Assembly: GCA_943704425.1 (NCBI GenBank)
Contig: CALSCP010002553.1
Location: forward strand, 24,766 to 88,765
Reading direction: 5' to 3'
DNA length: 64,000 nucleotides
Source: Ministeria vibrans ATCC 50519
Taxonomy: Eukaryota; Protista; Filasterea
The position numbers and the translations under genes are program-made. This document shows positions 44,401 to 58,175 of this stretch, one piece after another. Position 1 is the first letter of the stretch. The number at the start of each line of letters is the position of its first letter. Below the pieces are notes generated by a model that saw nothing but the letters and a program-made list of their open reading frames with translations, made no database searches and was not told where the DNA came from.

Positions 44401-45880
44401 TGACATGCTTGAGGACGAACGCAAGTTGTACGTGTACATGCGCGAGCGCAGCAAGAATGTCATCTCGTCGTTTCTCGAGCAGGGCACGCTCTTGCAAAAC
44501 TACGTGCACGTCCTCGAACAATTTATGCGTCTGCGTCAGCTGTGTGACCACCCTATGCTTGCGGCGCGCCACGTGACGCAGCACGATTTACAAGTGATCA
44601 ACAGCGGTGGTGGGGATGATGTGACGGAGTCTATGGCAAAGAGTATGACGTGCAATAGCGACCGCACGGCAACAGCAACGACAGGGGCATCCGCAGCGAG
44701 TGCGTCGACGACTGTTGCTTCGCCAGTGGACGTGGCACGCACATTGTTGCGTGCGAGTGAGTCACTCGACTGTGTGGTGTGCAGCGAGCCCATTCGCAAG
44801 CCAATGATTACGCCCTGTGGTCATTTCTTCTGTTTGCGTTGTGTCCAGCGTGTGCTGCCAAGCAGTCGACAATGTCCCCTGTGTTCACTTCCGGTTGTTA
44901 TGGACCAACTTGTGTCGCCGTTTGACGATACCTCGCGACCCATTGAGGTGCTTGACGACGACGACGATGACGACGACGACGATGGCGACGTGATGTTGGT
45001 GGCGCCGGCCAAGGCGGTGACGACGGTGACGGGAGCGGCCGCGGAGAGTGCAAGTGCGAGTGTGAGTCAGACATCGACGACTGTGGCGGCACCTGCACGC
45101 GCCTTGGGTGGTGGACGCGAGTTTAAGATGAGCACCAAGATGCAGTTTTTGGTGCATCTGTTGGAGACGACGCGTGCCGAGGATGCGACGGTGAAGACGG
45201 TGGTGTTCTCGCAGTGGACCAAGATGCTTGATTTGGTGGAACGACCGTTAGTTGCGCGTCGCATTGGCTTTCGACGACTGGACGGTTCGATGCGACGGGA
45301 GAAGCGCGAGGAGGCGATGCGGGACTTTGCGCGGGAGAAGGGCGTCCAAGTGTTGTTGGTGTCGTTGCGTTGCGGTGGACTGGGGCTGAATCTGACCATG
45401 GCGCAGCAGGTAGTGCTGCTCGATCCGTGGTTCAATCCGTCGGTGGAGGACCAGGCGATTGATCGAGTGTACCGTCTGGGTCAGCCACGGCCCGTGCGTG
45501 TCTATCGACTGTTCATGCGCAACAGCATCGAGGAGACCATCTATCGGATGCAGGAGGACAAGCGCAAGCTGATGCGCGACGCGCTCAACGACCCGCGCGG
45601 GCGCAACGAGGCGGAGGCACGCGAAGACCGCAAGAAGGACTTTCGGATGCTCATTGAGGGAGGGTTGGGCATTGGGGGAGACGAGGCGAAGGAAGGCCAA
45701 AGTGTAAAGCGGCGAAATGTGGAGGGGGCACAAGAGACGGAGGAGAAGGAGAGGAAGAGACGGAGAGTGCCTATGACGGCCACTGCCATTGGGGTGGGCC
45801 AAGGGATGGGAGAGACCGATGGAAGAGCAGGAGGAGGAGGGGAAGGAAGGGCGCGGAAGAAGCGGTCGAGGAAATTGTAG
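41497..45880 (+). CDS. SNF2-family helicase/RING E3 ligase, HLTF/Rad5-like; intron 43201-43573
   Basis: LLPYQRQGLQWL, GGILADDMGLGKT, TTLVVCPLSVVSTW, VILDEGH, TGTPIQN, RLRQLCDHP, C3HC4 RING, VVFSQW, DPWFNPSVEDQAIDRVYRLGQ. Confidence 0.95.
43243..43545. repeat. AT-rich (TAT)n microsatellite with higher-order repetition in helicase intron
   Basis: Recurrent tattatcattattaattattatt and ttcttatt blocks. Confidence 0.9.
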
Positions 45881-45925
45881 TAAATTTGAGTACTTCACAC
45901 ACACAACTTGTACAGAATAACATCA

Positions 45926-46686
45926 TTAGAGTTTGCTCGAGGGTGTGTCGAGCAGGGAGACCAAGAGAGTGCGAATGTCGGAGAATTCGCGGATATCAAG
46001 GCCGTGCTCGAGCCCTGGATACGTCTTGCGGGTGACCGACACACCAGACTGGGCCAGAAGAAGCGCTGCAGACTCGGACATTTGAGCGGGAATCATGGGG
46101 TCGTCGAGGCCGTGGAAGATGTGGACGGGTGTGGACTTGTTTTCGGTCGAAATGAGCGGCAGGAGCTTCTCCCCAAGTGGCAGATAGCAGGAAAGGTTGA
46201 GGAGAGCGCACAATGGCAGTTTAGACTGAAGGCCGGCATAGAAGGCGACGACGCCGCCCTGACTGAAGCCACCAAGCACAATATTGTTGGATCCAACCTG
46301 GGGGGAAGAAGCAGGTGAGGTGCTTAGTCTGACAAGGGCAGTTGTCGTACTATCGCGTGTTCGGTCTCGATCAACGAGTCGACGGTCGCGCGTGAGTCGT
46401 CAATGCCGTCAAGCTGCTCGTCGATACGCTCGGAGAGCCCCTCAATGTCGTACCACGAGGGCATGACGGTGCCCATGTTGAGTGTGACGGGCACAGAGGG
46501 TGCCGTGGGCAGCAGGATTTTAGTTTGCGGCAGAGTCTTGGCGATCATCTCGAAGGGTTGGCGCCAGCCTTCGCCCGTGTCCCCCAGGCCATGTAGGAAG
46601 ATGATTGTGGATGTGTGCGCCTTGGTGGGCGCGATTTCAATGACGCGTCGTGCCCGCGCGGCCGTCGAGAGTGTTCTCAGCAGCAT
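45926..46686 (-). CDS. Acyl-protein thioesterase/lysophospholipase (LYPLA1/2-like), two exons, possible mitochondrial leader
   Basis: IIFLHGLGDTG, PVTLNMGTVMPSWYDI, GGFSQGG nucleophile motif, HGLDDPMIP, YPGLEH. Confidence 0.93.
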
Positions 46687-46979
46687 GCGAGACAAAATTA
46701 GTAAAAATTAATGTAGTGATAATAATAATAATACATTGAATAATTATAATATCTTTTTTTTCTTATATCTTTTAAAAATTATTCGCTTCTGGGAGTGGGA
46801 TTTTGGAACATCTCACATCAGAGTAAATTGTACTCTTATTCCCTTACTTGTTCTCTATTATTTTGTAGTCTTATTGTCTTAAAAATTTTATTGAAATAAA
46901 CAAAGTTAATTGTGCTGCAGTGCATTGCTGTACATGTTGTGGGGGTATAGGTTGCGTAAATAAGAATGGAGGCAAATGG

Positions 46980-49625
46980 TTAGTCACCACCGCTAGGAGG
47001 GGGGCGTGGGGGCAGAGGGAGGCCACTGATCTGTGCTGGAGGAGCGGACGGTGCAAAGAAGGAGGTGCCGTCGTAGAAGTCGGGGAGACAGCCCTTGACC
47101 CAGTCCGCACGCTAAACAGTCATGGGGGAAGGAGGTTAGAGTAGAGTGAGAAGATTATTTTCGCACCTGGTTCGTGAGACGACCCGACGCAATGTTGCAG
47201 GCAGGAAAAATGGCAGTACCGTTGAAGCAGGTGCCGGGAATGTTGACGTCCGTTTGGATGAGACAGCCTAGAGAGACAATGTCAAGCAACCAGGTGAGCC
47301 GACTGAAACCCTGAGCGTACTGTTGGTGTACGTACCACAACTGACTTGGCTGAGGGCAGGCGCAATTCTGGGTTGGACACAAAGCGCATTTTGAGTGATC
47401 ATCTGACGCAATGAACCAAAGCAGGAGAGTTAGTAACGTGTCAAGAGATGTACAAAAAAAAGGATCGACTTACGATGGAACCGGTGGACGAGAGAAGAGG
47501 CATTCTACATGAAGAAACGACAAAAAAGGACGGGGGATGAGAAAGAAAAGAAAAAGACGAGAGTCGAAAACAAAAGAGAGAGACGGGGTTACGTGAGAGT
47601 GTGAAGTGCTTTGTTGTCCGTGACGGCCACAATGCCCGTGGAGAGTGCCTATGGTATGTTAAGGTCAGTTGAAATATGATGTCAATTGCCACGTACCGTT
47701 CCCAGGGCTTCAATATCGTCATCGAACACGGGAAGAAGATCTATCAAATTACCTGCGATTAATTTTGCTTCGTTTTAATCGTGCGCTATACCTTCAAAAG
47801 ATTCGTTGGGTAAAATCCAATAGAGACTCGAAGGACTACACCATACATTGCAACAAAAAAGACAATTGAGAGACGAGACAGAATTATATGTGTATTTTTT
47901 ACCCTGAGCTGGCGACAAAGCCATTGACAGAGGCGCGCGTTAGTTTGGGGGCAAGAATGACTTCGAGTTTGGGATTGCGGATAAAGATGAGCATGGTTGT
48001 TTCCTGTGAGGAGGTAAAACACAATGAGTTGAGTATAATGAGTAATGCCTCTTATCTTGTACGTACTTCAAGATTGGGAAGAATGATTTCCTCCAGCTAA
48101 ACCAAGGAGAGTTGTACAGAGTGTGAGTTTGATCAGAACAAAAAGGAGGTGTCGTTTACTTCGCTGTTTGCACTGGAAAGAAATGAACCTTTGTTGAAAC
48201 TGGGCAGGTTGAGATATTCCAGTTGCTCGCTCAATGTGATGCTAAAAATAAATAAATAAAATTAGTGAGAGAGAGGGGAGACGGAACAAAGTGATAGAGA
48301 CAAAGAGATACAACAAAGTAATATAAACAAAGTGTGAGAGAAACAAAGTAATAGAGAGTGACAGAAACAAAAGGATATAAAGAGAGAATATAAAGTGATA
48401 GAGTAAGTGAGAGAAAAACAAAGTAATAGAGAGTGACAGAAACAAAAGGATATGAAGAGAGTATATAAAGCGATAGAGTAAGTGAGAGAGAAACAAAGTA
48501 ATAGAGAGTGACAGAAACAAAAGGTTATAAGGAGAGTCGAAAGACGATTTGATTTTGGGACCTTATGTCACTCTGGCGCAAATAAGGCATAGTGATGTTC
48601 TCAAGGACTCCGTTGGCAACAATGAGAATCTAATGAAAGTGAATTCTTCAGTCAGACGATGACAAACGCAGCGTTGAACGTACGGATTCGCAGGTGACAA
48701 CGGGCACATAAAAAGTTTCGAGGGACGGGTTAAACTGAAGAAGAATGCCACTGGAAACGGTTGTGAGGGAGTCAAGCACAAGCACGTTGAGATGTGTGTT
48801 GGACAGCAACTGAACAATGGTTGCGCTGTGCAGCGATGGCGCAATTATGTGCTGGAGAGAGAAGGAGAAAGAGATATACAAAGTGATGGTGTGAGAGAAG
48901 TACAGTGATAAGAGATAAAATTTATTGATCTGTTAGAAGTGGAGGGAGAAACAAGAAGTGGAGGAAAGAATAAAGAGTTGGTGGATTGGTTTGGAAATAC
49001 CTTTAAAAAGGTGTTTGCGGCAATGACAAAGACTTCGCACTCTTGCAGAGAATGGAAATCAACGGCAGTCTAAAACACAATGAAAGACAATTATTTTTTT
49101 AAAATCATATAATTATAGCTCCTCCATCACTTTGTTTTTCTCTCTCCGTCTCTCTCTCTTTCTCTATCTCTCTCTGGTGTGAGCTTTGTGATGTGCTTAC
49201 GTCAACAATGTTAACAGTGGGACCATAGGGAGCGGGTACGGGTATGAGAGACCAGAGAGTAGAGCGGATCATCAATGTTCCGATGACAGACCTCAGCGAA
49301 CGGAAATCGATAAGCTAGGCAAGAAGAAATTGAGAGACGGTAAAGGAAAACATTGTGTTTCTTGGTACCTTTAGGTAGTTGGAATCGGCGACCGTGAGAG
49401 CAACAACGGAAGTCAGAACAGGAAATGAAACGAAGAGAGGCGACGTGGTCGCATTGAGATGGACCAGCTGATGGGGTACACGATAAAAACGTGCATTGAC
49501 AACACAGACAATAATTATTAATGCGAGTGAAGATGCAAAGATATTCGTTTTTGGGCGGAGTTTGTTACCGATGACAAATGAATCACATTGGAGCGCACAA
49601 GAGACGGGAAATAGATCAAGGACAA
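46980..49625 (-). CDS. Receptor L-domain/LRR-like repeat protein encoded by many micro-exons; 5' end missing
   Basis: Short GT-AG exons encode LSLIYFPSLVRS, FVSFPVLTSV, LIDFRSLRSV, AVDFHSLQEC, HIIAPSLHSA, NGVLENITMPYLRQ, NPKLEVILAPKLTRA; Cys-containing C-terminus. Confidence 0.6.
48255..48535. repeat. Higher-order tandem repeat (about 75-nt unit, about 2.5 copies) built from AAACAAAGT(A/G)ATAGAG variants
   Basis: aaacaaagtaatagagagtgacagaaacaaaagg occurs three times. Confidence 0.9.
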
Positions 49626-49840
49626 CTAAAAATTAATAATGTTTTTTTCAATAACGGATGATTTCTCTGTCAGTTACTCTCAATCAGCCCACTTGCAATC
49701 TCTCCACAAACTGGTTCTCTCTCTATCACTTTGTTTCTTTCTCCTTCCTCCTCCTCTCTCTCTCTCTATCACTTTGTGCCTTTCTCCCGCCTCTCTCTAT
49801 CACTTTGTTTCTCTCTATCACTTTGTTTTTCTCTCTATCA

Positions 49841-49942
<102 letters not shown>

Positions 49943-49950
49943 TTGTACAG

Positions 49951-50514
49951 TACGATAGCCACTCGATGGCATTCATGAACTCGCTGTTTTGCATTCCACC
50001 TGAGCAAGAAGCCTACCTGGTTGTGACGGGCATGTCACCCACACAGTTGTACGCACTGCTTGCCGACGACTTTACTGCCAACGGTGGCTCCATCCGTCTC
50101 TTTGGACTTCACCTGCACGCCCATTCGTACTCGACGTCGCTACGTCTTGAGCACTGGCGCGACGGCGTCCGTCTAGCCATCATCGACGAACACCATGTCG
50201 GTGGGTATGGGCCCGGTCAGACCTTTGACCTCACCGAATATCCCGAGCCCATCCGCCAAAAGACCGATGCCATTGTATTCCGCTGCACCTTCTCCACGAT
50301 CGGCAAGGCCATTGCCACCGCCTACGGCCTCTCCAACGGCTCCGAAATGTGTGGCCCTTTTCTCCTGTACTACCCGCACGTTCGAACCTCGTCCGTCCTT
50401 CACGCCACAAACACCAATCCTACACGTTACTACGAAGGCCCCGCACACCTTGAACCTTCAATGCCTTACCCAACCTTCTCTCCGCCCTCCTCCTCTCACT
50501 GCACCTTCCCATAG
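49951..50514 (+). CDS. Terminal exon of a copper type II ascorbate-dependent monooxygenase (DBH/MOXD1/PHM family); upstream exons not found
   Basis: HLHAH copper-ligand motif, DAIVFRCTFST, YGLSNGSEMC..FLLYYP; acceptor tttgtacag after CT tract. Confidence 0.75.
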   Translation, partial: YDSHSMAFMNSLFCIPPEQEAYLVVTGMSPTQLYALLADDFTANGGSIRLFGLHLHAHSYSTSLRLEHWRDGVRLAIIDEHHVGGYGPGQTFDLTEYPEPIRQKTDAIVFRCTFSTIGKAIATAYGLSNGSEMCGPFLLYYPHVRTSSVLHATNTNPTRYYEGPAHLEPSMPYPTFSPPSSSHCTFP

Positions 50515-50606
50515 AAACTCTTTTTGTAGAATCTGTATAGTGGTTTATGTTATATTTTCATTGTTGTCTCTCTATATCTCTCTTTTTTTGAAGAAAAGAA
50601 ATGATT

Positions 50607-53600
50607 TCAGTATGGTAAAAGGTTGTCAGAGGGGGAATCGGAGGCACTGACGCACTCCGACCAATTGTGGGACCGGTAGGGTGCATCGTCACCAGCGTAC
50701 GACGACATGGACGCCGGGTACAGCGGCTGCGTGAGCGCCAATGGGCTCTCATCTCCTTGCTGTGATGCTAGTTGCTGTTGTAGTTGTTGCTGTTGTAGTT
50801 GTTGAGGCTCTTGCTGTTGCTGAGTGGTGAGAAGTTCGGCGAGGGTCGCCTCAAACGTGAGAGTGCCTGGAAAGATGCTTGAGGCGGCAGTGGCTCGAGC
50901 AGTCGTCACACATGCCTGTGGCTTGGATGCGGTCGACGGACCGGTGTACGCCGACGCCAGCACGGTCGTCGAGGACGGAGCCTTCTCAAGAGCTGCCGGT
51001 CGCTTGAGGGCTGCTTCCATTTCGTAGAGAGAGTCCTGCGACAGACTCGGCGTGTTGCTGTGAGTGGGCTCGTCGAGGTTGAGCAAGGGCAAGTACACCG
51101 CGGGAGCCTGACGTGGTGGAGACGAACAGTTGGAAACGGGACTCGCGCCCGAGTCAGTAGCCGACGTGTGCGCCGACGACGATGTAGAGCCGCCCGTGTA
51201 GGCGGACGCCGCATCTGTCAAGTTGCTATTGAGCGAGCCACTGCGCGGCCGCTCGCCGCTCGTCGACTGTGCGACAAACGCTGACACGCCCCCGCCCATG
51301 CTGCCATAGTCTGAATGGCGCATGCGTCGAGCAGCGGCAGCCGCCGCCGCCGCCTCGGAACTGTTCCTCTCGCGTGCCAGACGATGGAGGCTGCGCGGAT
51401 CAAACGGATTGTACACTTTGCCGGGAAAACGGCTGCCACGCGAGGTGGACAAGGACGACGACGAAGACGAAGGCGACAGTGAACTTGGGCCAGTATAATG
51501 ATCGGATTGTCGCCGCTGATACTGCTGCTGTTGATGATGAGGATGGTGATGAGCGTGGTGGTGCGCATGGTGCGCATGAAGCTGTGAGTCGACAAAGACT
51601 GGCGAGGCGAGAGTGCGCTCGACTTCATCGTCGAGGTGTTGGTGCGCAGCCTCCGTGGTATCCGGGTCGTCTTGGTCAACGTCGGGAAACAGCGGTGGAA
51701 TCGCAAGGGGCATCATAACACTGCTCAAGTCGACGGCATCGGTGGCGTCCGGAAAGAAGATGCGCCCAGGCGACGACGAATGTGACACACGACCCTTGGA
51801 GTGCGGGGAGTTCATAGACATTTCTTCCAGGTGGCAGGTCATCGAGTCGGTAGACGCAATTGAGAGGCCACGAGAGCGACGCTGATCGTTGTTGTCGTTG
51901 ACTTCGTCGTCCAGCAGCAGTGACGCAGATGCGGGCACTGTGGCGGGCGATGACGACAAAGAAGAGTTCGAAGCGGAGGGGTCGTGATCGGTAGGGAAGA
52001 GCGACGACGTGACGCTTGTGTCGAGATGGAAAGACATGGCACGACGTCGTTCAGGCAGCGAGCCCAGGGTGTCTGCACCACTGAAACTGCTACTGTTTCG
52101 ATTGTGTGTATGGTGAGCACGCGACGACGTCATGGAGAGCATAGCATTGGCACCAGAAGCAGCAGGAGCACCAGTGGAGCGATTCATTCCATAAGCGGCG
52201 TGTGGGGAGGGGGCGAGAGGGTTTAATGCATCGTTCCACGACGAGCTTGTTGAAGCTGCGTTGGCCAAGGGTGACGAAGATGTCGACGAGAAAGTGTGTG
52301 AGCGTGATCGATGGCGATCGTGGTACACGTCATCATCATCGTCGTCTTCGACAACGCCGTGTCCATTCTGATGTTGTTGCTGCTGTGAATTGGTGTCATT
52401 GGAGCATGGTGATGAAAGTGTCTCGCGCGCGGCTTCAGCGACAAGATCGGCGAGCGACAGTGTCCCTGGGTCCATACGCATGTCCATTTCGTCGATGGTT
52501 GATGCCAATGGCTGATGGCGCGGGGGCGAACGTTGCAAGGCAGAAGAGGTGGAGGGGGAAGGAAAGGGAGGAGAGGTCGTTGAAGAAGAGGGGACGTGGG
52601 CCATGTTGGGTCCGCTGTTGGCGAGATCATAGTGGCTCTGAGCGGAGACGTGAGTAGTGCCTTTGCGGTAGGGATGAACCGCGTGTGGGGGGTGTGTGTA
52701 CGTCTGAGCAAGATTTTCGTCTGCAGCGGTTGGGGACATGAACGAGGTGCCGAGATCGGACGACGAGACAACGCGGCGACGTTTAGGTGTCTGTGATCGT
52801 GAGGCGGAAGCGGACGAGGAGAGCGGCGACTGTGACAACGTGAGCGATGTGTCGGCCACAGCCGAAGTAGGGGTGTTTGGCAATGCTGCAAAGGTACCGT
52901 TGGTGGGGTTGACGACCGAGGGCATGGCAGATACGGAGAGGGCCATTGAGAGTGAGTGTTCGTGAGACTGAAACGTGTGTTGTGGATGCGATTGGTGTTG
53001 CTGCTGCTGCTGCTGTTGTTGTTGTTGTTGTTGTTGCTGGTGGTGGTACAACGGATCGTAATTCATCAATCTGTCGTGGTACTGAGACATGTTGGTGCCA
53101 CTGGCGGTGGCGGCACGTCGTCGAGGGTGCGACAGACGCACGGCCGACGAGCGTTTCGTTGGCGTCTTTCTTGACGACGGTGACGACGGTGTGGCCGACG
53201 TGCTCGTGGAGGGTAGTGGTGTAGCAAATGGATTTGGCGGCGAGGTGCCGCTGCTGCTGTACTGCTCCGCGTACGAGAAGTAAGCACTTGGGGAAGAGGC
53301 AGTAAAAGATTGCGAACGTTTCGGGCGCACTTCGGCTGGGTCATCGTCAACCATTGGCGGATGTATCAATTGTCCCAGATCCCAATTGCTTGGCTCTACG
53401 TCAAAGTAGTGCACGCCCGAGCTGCTGCTTGGCTCTGCGTCAAAGTAGCGCACGCCCGAGCCCATCGATCCAGACGAAGCTGAAGCAGACGTGGACACTG
53501 CTGATGCTGATGTTGGTACTGCTGCAGTCGCTGTCGCCGAGTCACGATGGTGAGTGCGTGTGAGTGAAGTAGGCAGGGAGCCCCTTCTCTCTTGTGACCC

Positions 53601-55178
53601 TCCAAAGCTCGAGCGCGATGAACCTCCGCGTTTCCGTGCGCTTCGAGTCAGTGTCTCACGGTATTCTACATAATAATTATTAATTTTTTTATCATTGTTT
53701 GATAATCATTAGGTAAGGGGGAAAAAGCAATAGAGCGAGAGAGGAGAAAGACACAAAGTGATAGATAGAGAGAGAGAGTAACAAAGTGATAGAGAAGGGA
53801 GAAACAAAGTGATAGAGGAGGGAGAAAGATACAAAGACATAATAATAATACTAATAATAATAATAACAATAATAATTAAAAGAGAATAAAGAGAGGACTT
53901 GCTCGTACCCTCGTTGATGACCCACCAGCATCCTTTGCCCTTGTCGCCAGCGGGACGCGGAACTTTGGTGAAACATTTTTTCAACGACAAATTGTGTCGA
54001 ATGGAATTCTATAACAAAAGAGGGTAAGAGTGAGAAGTATCGGATGGGTGAGGGTGGGAGACTCAAACGACTGACACACTCACACACACACACACACACA
54101 CACACAAAAAATAAAATAAACAATAAACAATAAAGGAAATGCCTGTGTGGCAATAGAAACAAGTCGAGGGAAACAGAAGGGAGATGTTGCGTGTGTGTTT
54201 ATGACAACGTAATAGTTCATAAGAAGAATGCCGGTACACAATTTGACAGGCGCTCAAGAGAGCAACGATGCACAGACAGGCGATAGGGTCTCCGTTCGCA
54301 AGGATGCATATGAAATGGCCGCAGTGCAAGGGGGAGCGAGGAAGGGAGTGAGAGAGAGAGGGAGAGAGGGTGTTCGAGCCACACGAATGAATTTCGAGGA
54401 TTCGCTCAAAATATCAATACGCTCCATTTCGACTGAATGCGACTCAGAAGGGGCATGTTGAGGATAATTCGGGAACACGTGCAAGTGGGGCAGGCGGCAG
54501 GGACACGAGGCAGCCCAAGAGGAGTAGTGCAAAGGGTGAGGATGAGAAGGCTTTTTTTTTTCTTCTTTTTCTTCTTTTTTTTTCTCTCTCTCTCTTTGGT
54601 TCTTTTGCTGCTCGACCGGAAGAAGCAGGGAGTTTGGGTGAGTGATGAAAGACGGCGCGGGGGACAACCGAGAGAGTATAGTGGTGCGTGGGACGGGAGT
54701 GCGGAGAGGGGAGCGAAGGCCGCTGGGATTTCCAATTTCGACTCGCGTATGGACCAGGAGGGACCTGTCCGTCGCTGCACGCACGCCCACAGACCCCAAT
54801 GAGCGTCCACAATGCCGTTCCCGGCAACCCCCCCTCCCAAAAGCAACCGTGTGGTTTCCGCACTGCTCTTTTTCTCTCTCTCTCTCTCTCCCTCTTTTTT
54901 TTTTTTTTTGGGTTCGCCCTTTCGGCATTTTCGAGTGGTCTCAGTGCAATTGGGCACGGGCGGACGCGAACCGGGAGGGAAGGGGGGGCAGCGGAGGATG
55001 GTAATACCTTCCAACACTTGTCGGAGGAGCTGTAGAAGGGAAAGCGCGTCTCGATGAAAGCGTAGATTTCGGAGAGAGAGAGGCGCCTGGACTCGGACGA
55101 ATCGATCGCTTGGAGAATCAGCAGCGCATACGACTCCTTGGGCTTCCCCTCTGCGGGCTGTTCAAAGTCGGTGCTCAT
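50607..55178 (-). CDS. Forkhead transcription factor (FoxJ2/3-like); exons 55008-55178, 53909-54008, 50607-53665
   Basis: [30 protein letters not shown]|[29 protein letters not shown]; exon lengths 171+100+3059 keep frame; long S/Q/H-rich tail. Confidence 0.92.
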
Positions 55179-55534
55179 CGAGAGTCCAAAGAAGTGTGTC
55201 TAGAGAGTAGAGAGTAGAGTCTAGTCACTTCGTAGGACCTAGTGTGAGATTTTCGTTGGATTAATCTACAACTGAAAAGGGACTGAAGTTGATGTTTTTA
55301 AAAAAAACAACATCTCATTGATTTGTGTGCATTATTCGCTTGCCACTGACAAACTCAATGTGCTTTACTGACTTTCCCAGAAGGACCTCACGTAATTTGG
55401 CCGAAACTCCAAAAATGACGACATTTCCTTCAACTGATAAGGATACGGAAGGGATTGTGCAATCGAAAACTTTTTTATTCAACGAATAAAGCGATCAGTT
55501 TTTTTCTTTTCTTTCTATTTTTTATTTTTTCAGG

Positions 55535-58097
<2,563 letters not shown>

Positions 58098-58175
58098 TTC
58101 TTTTCTTGTTTGTTAATACAGCTGTGTAGTGTTTTAGTCGTAAAATATGCACATTAAAATTTTACTATTGTTATT

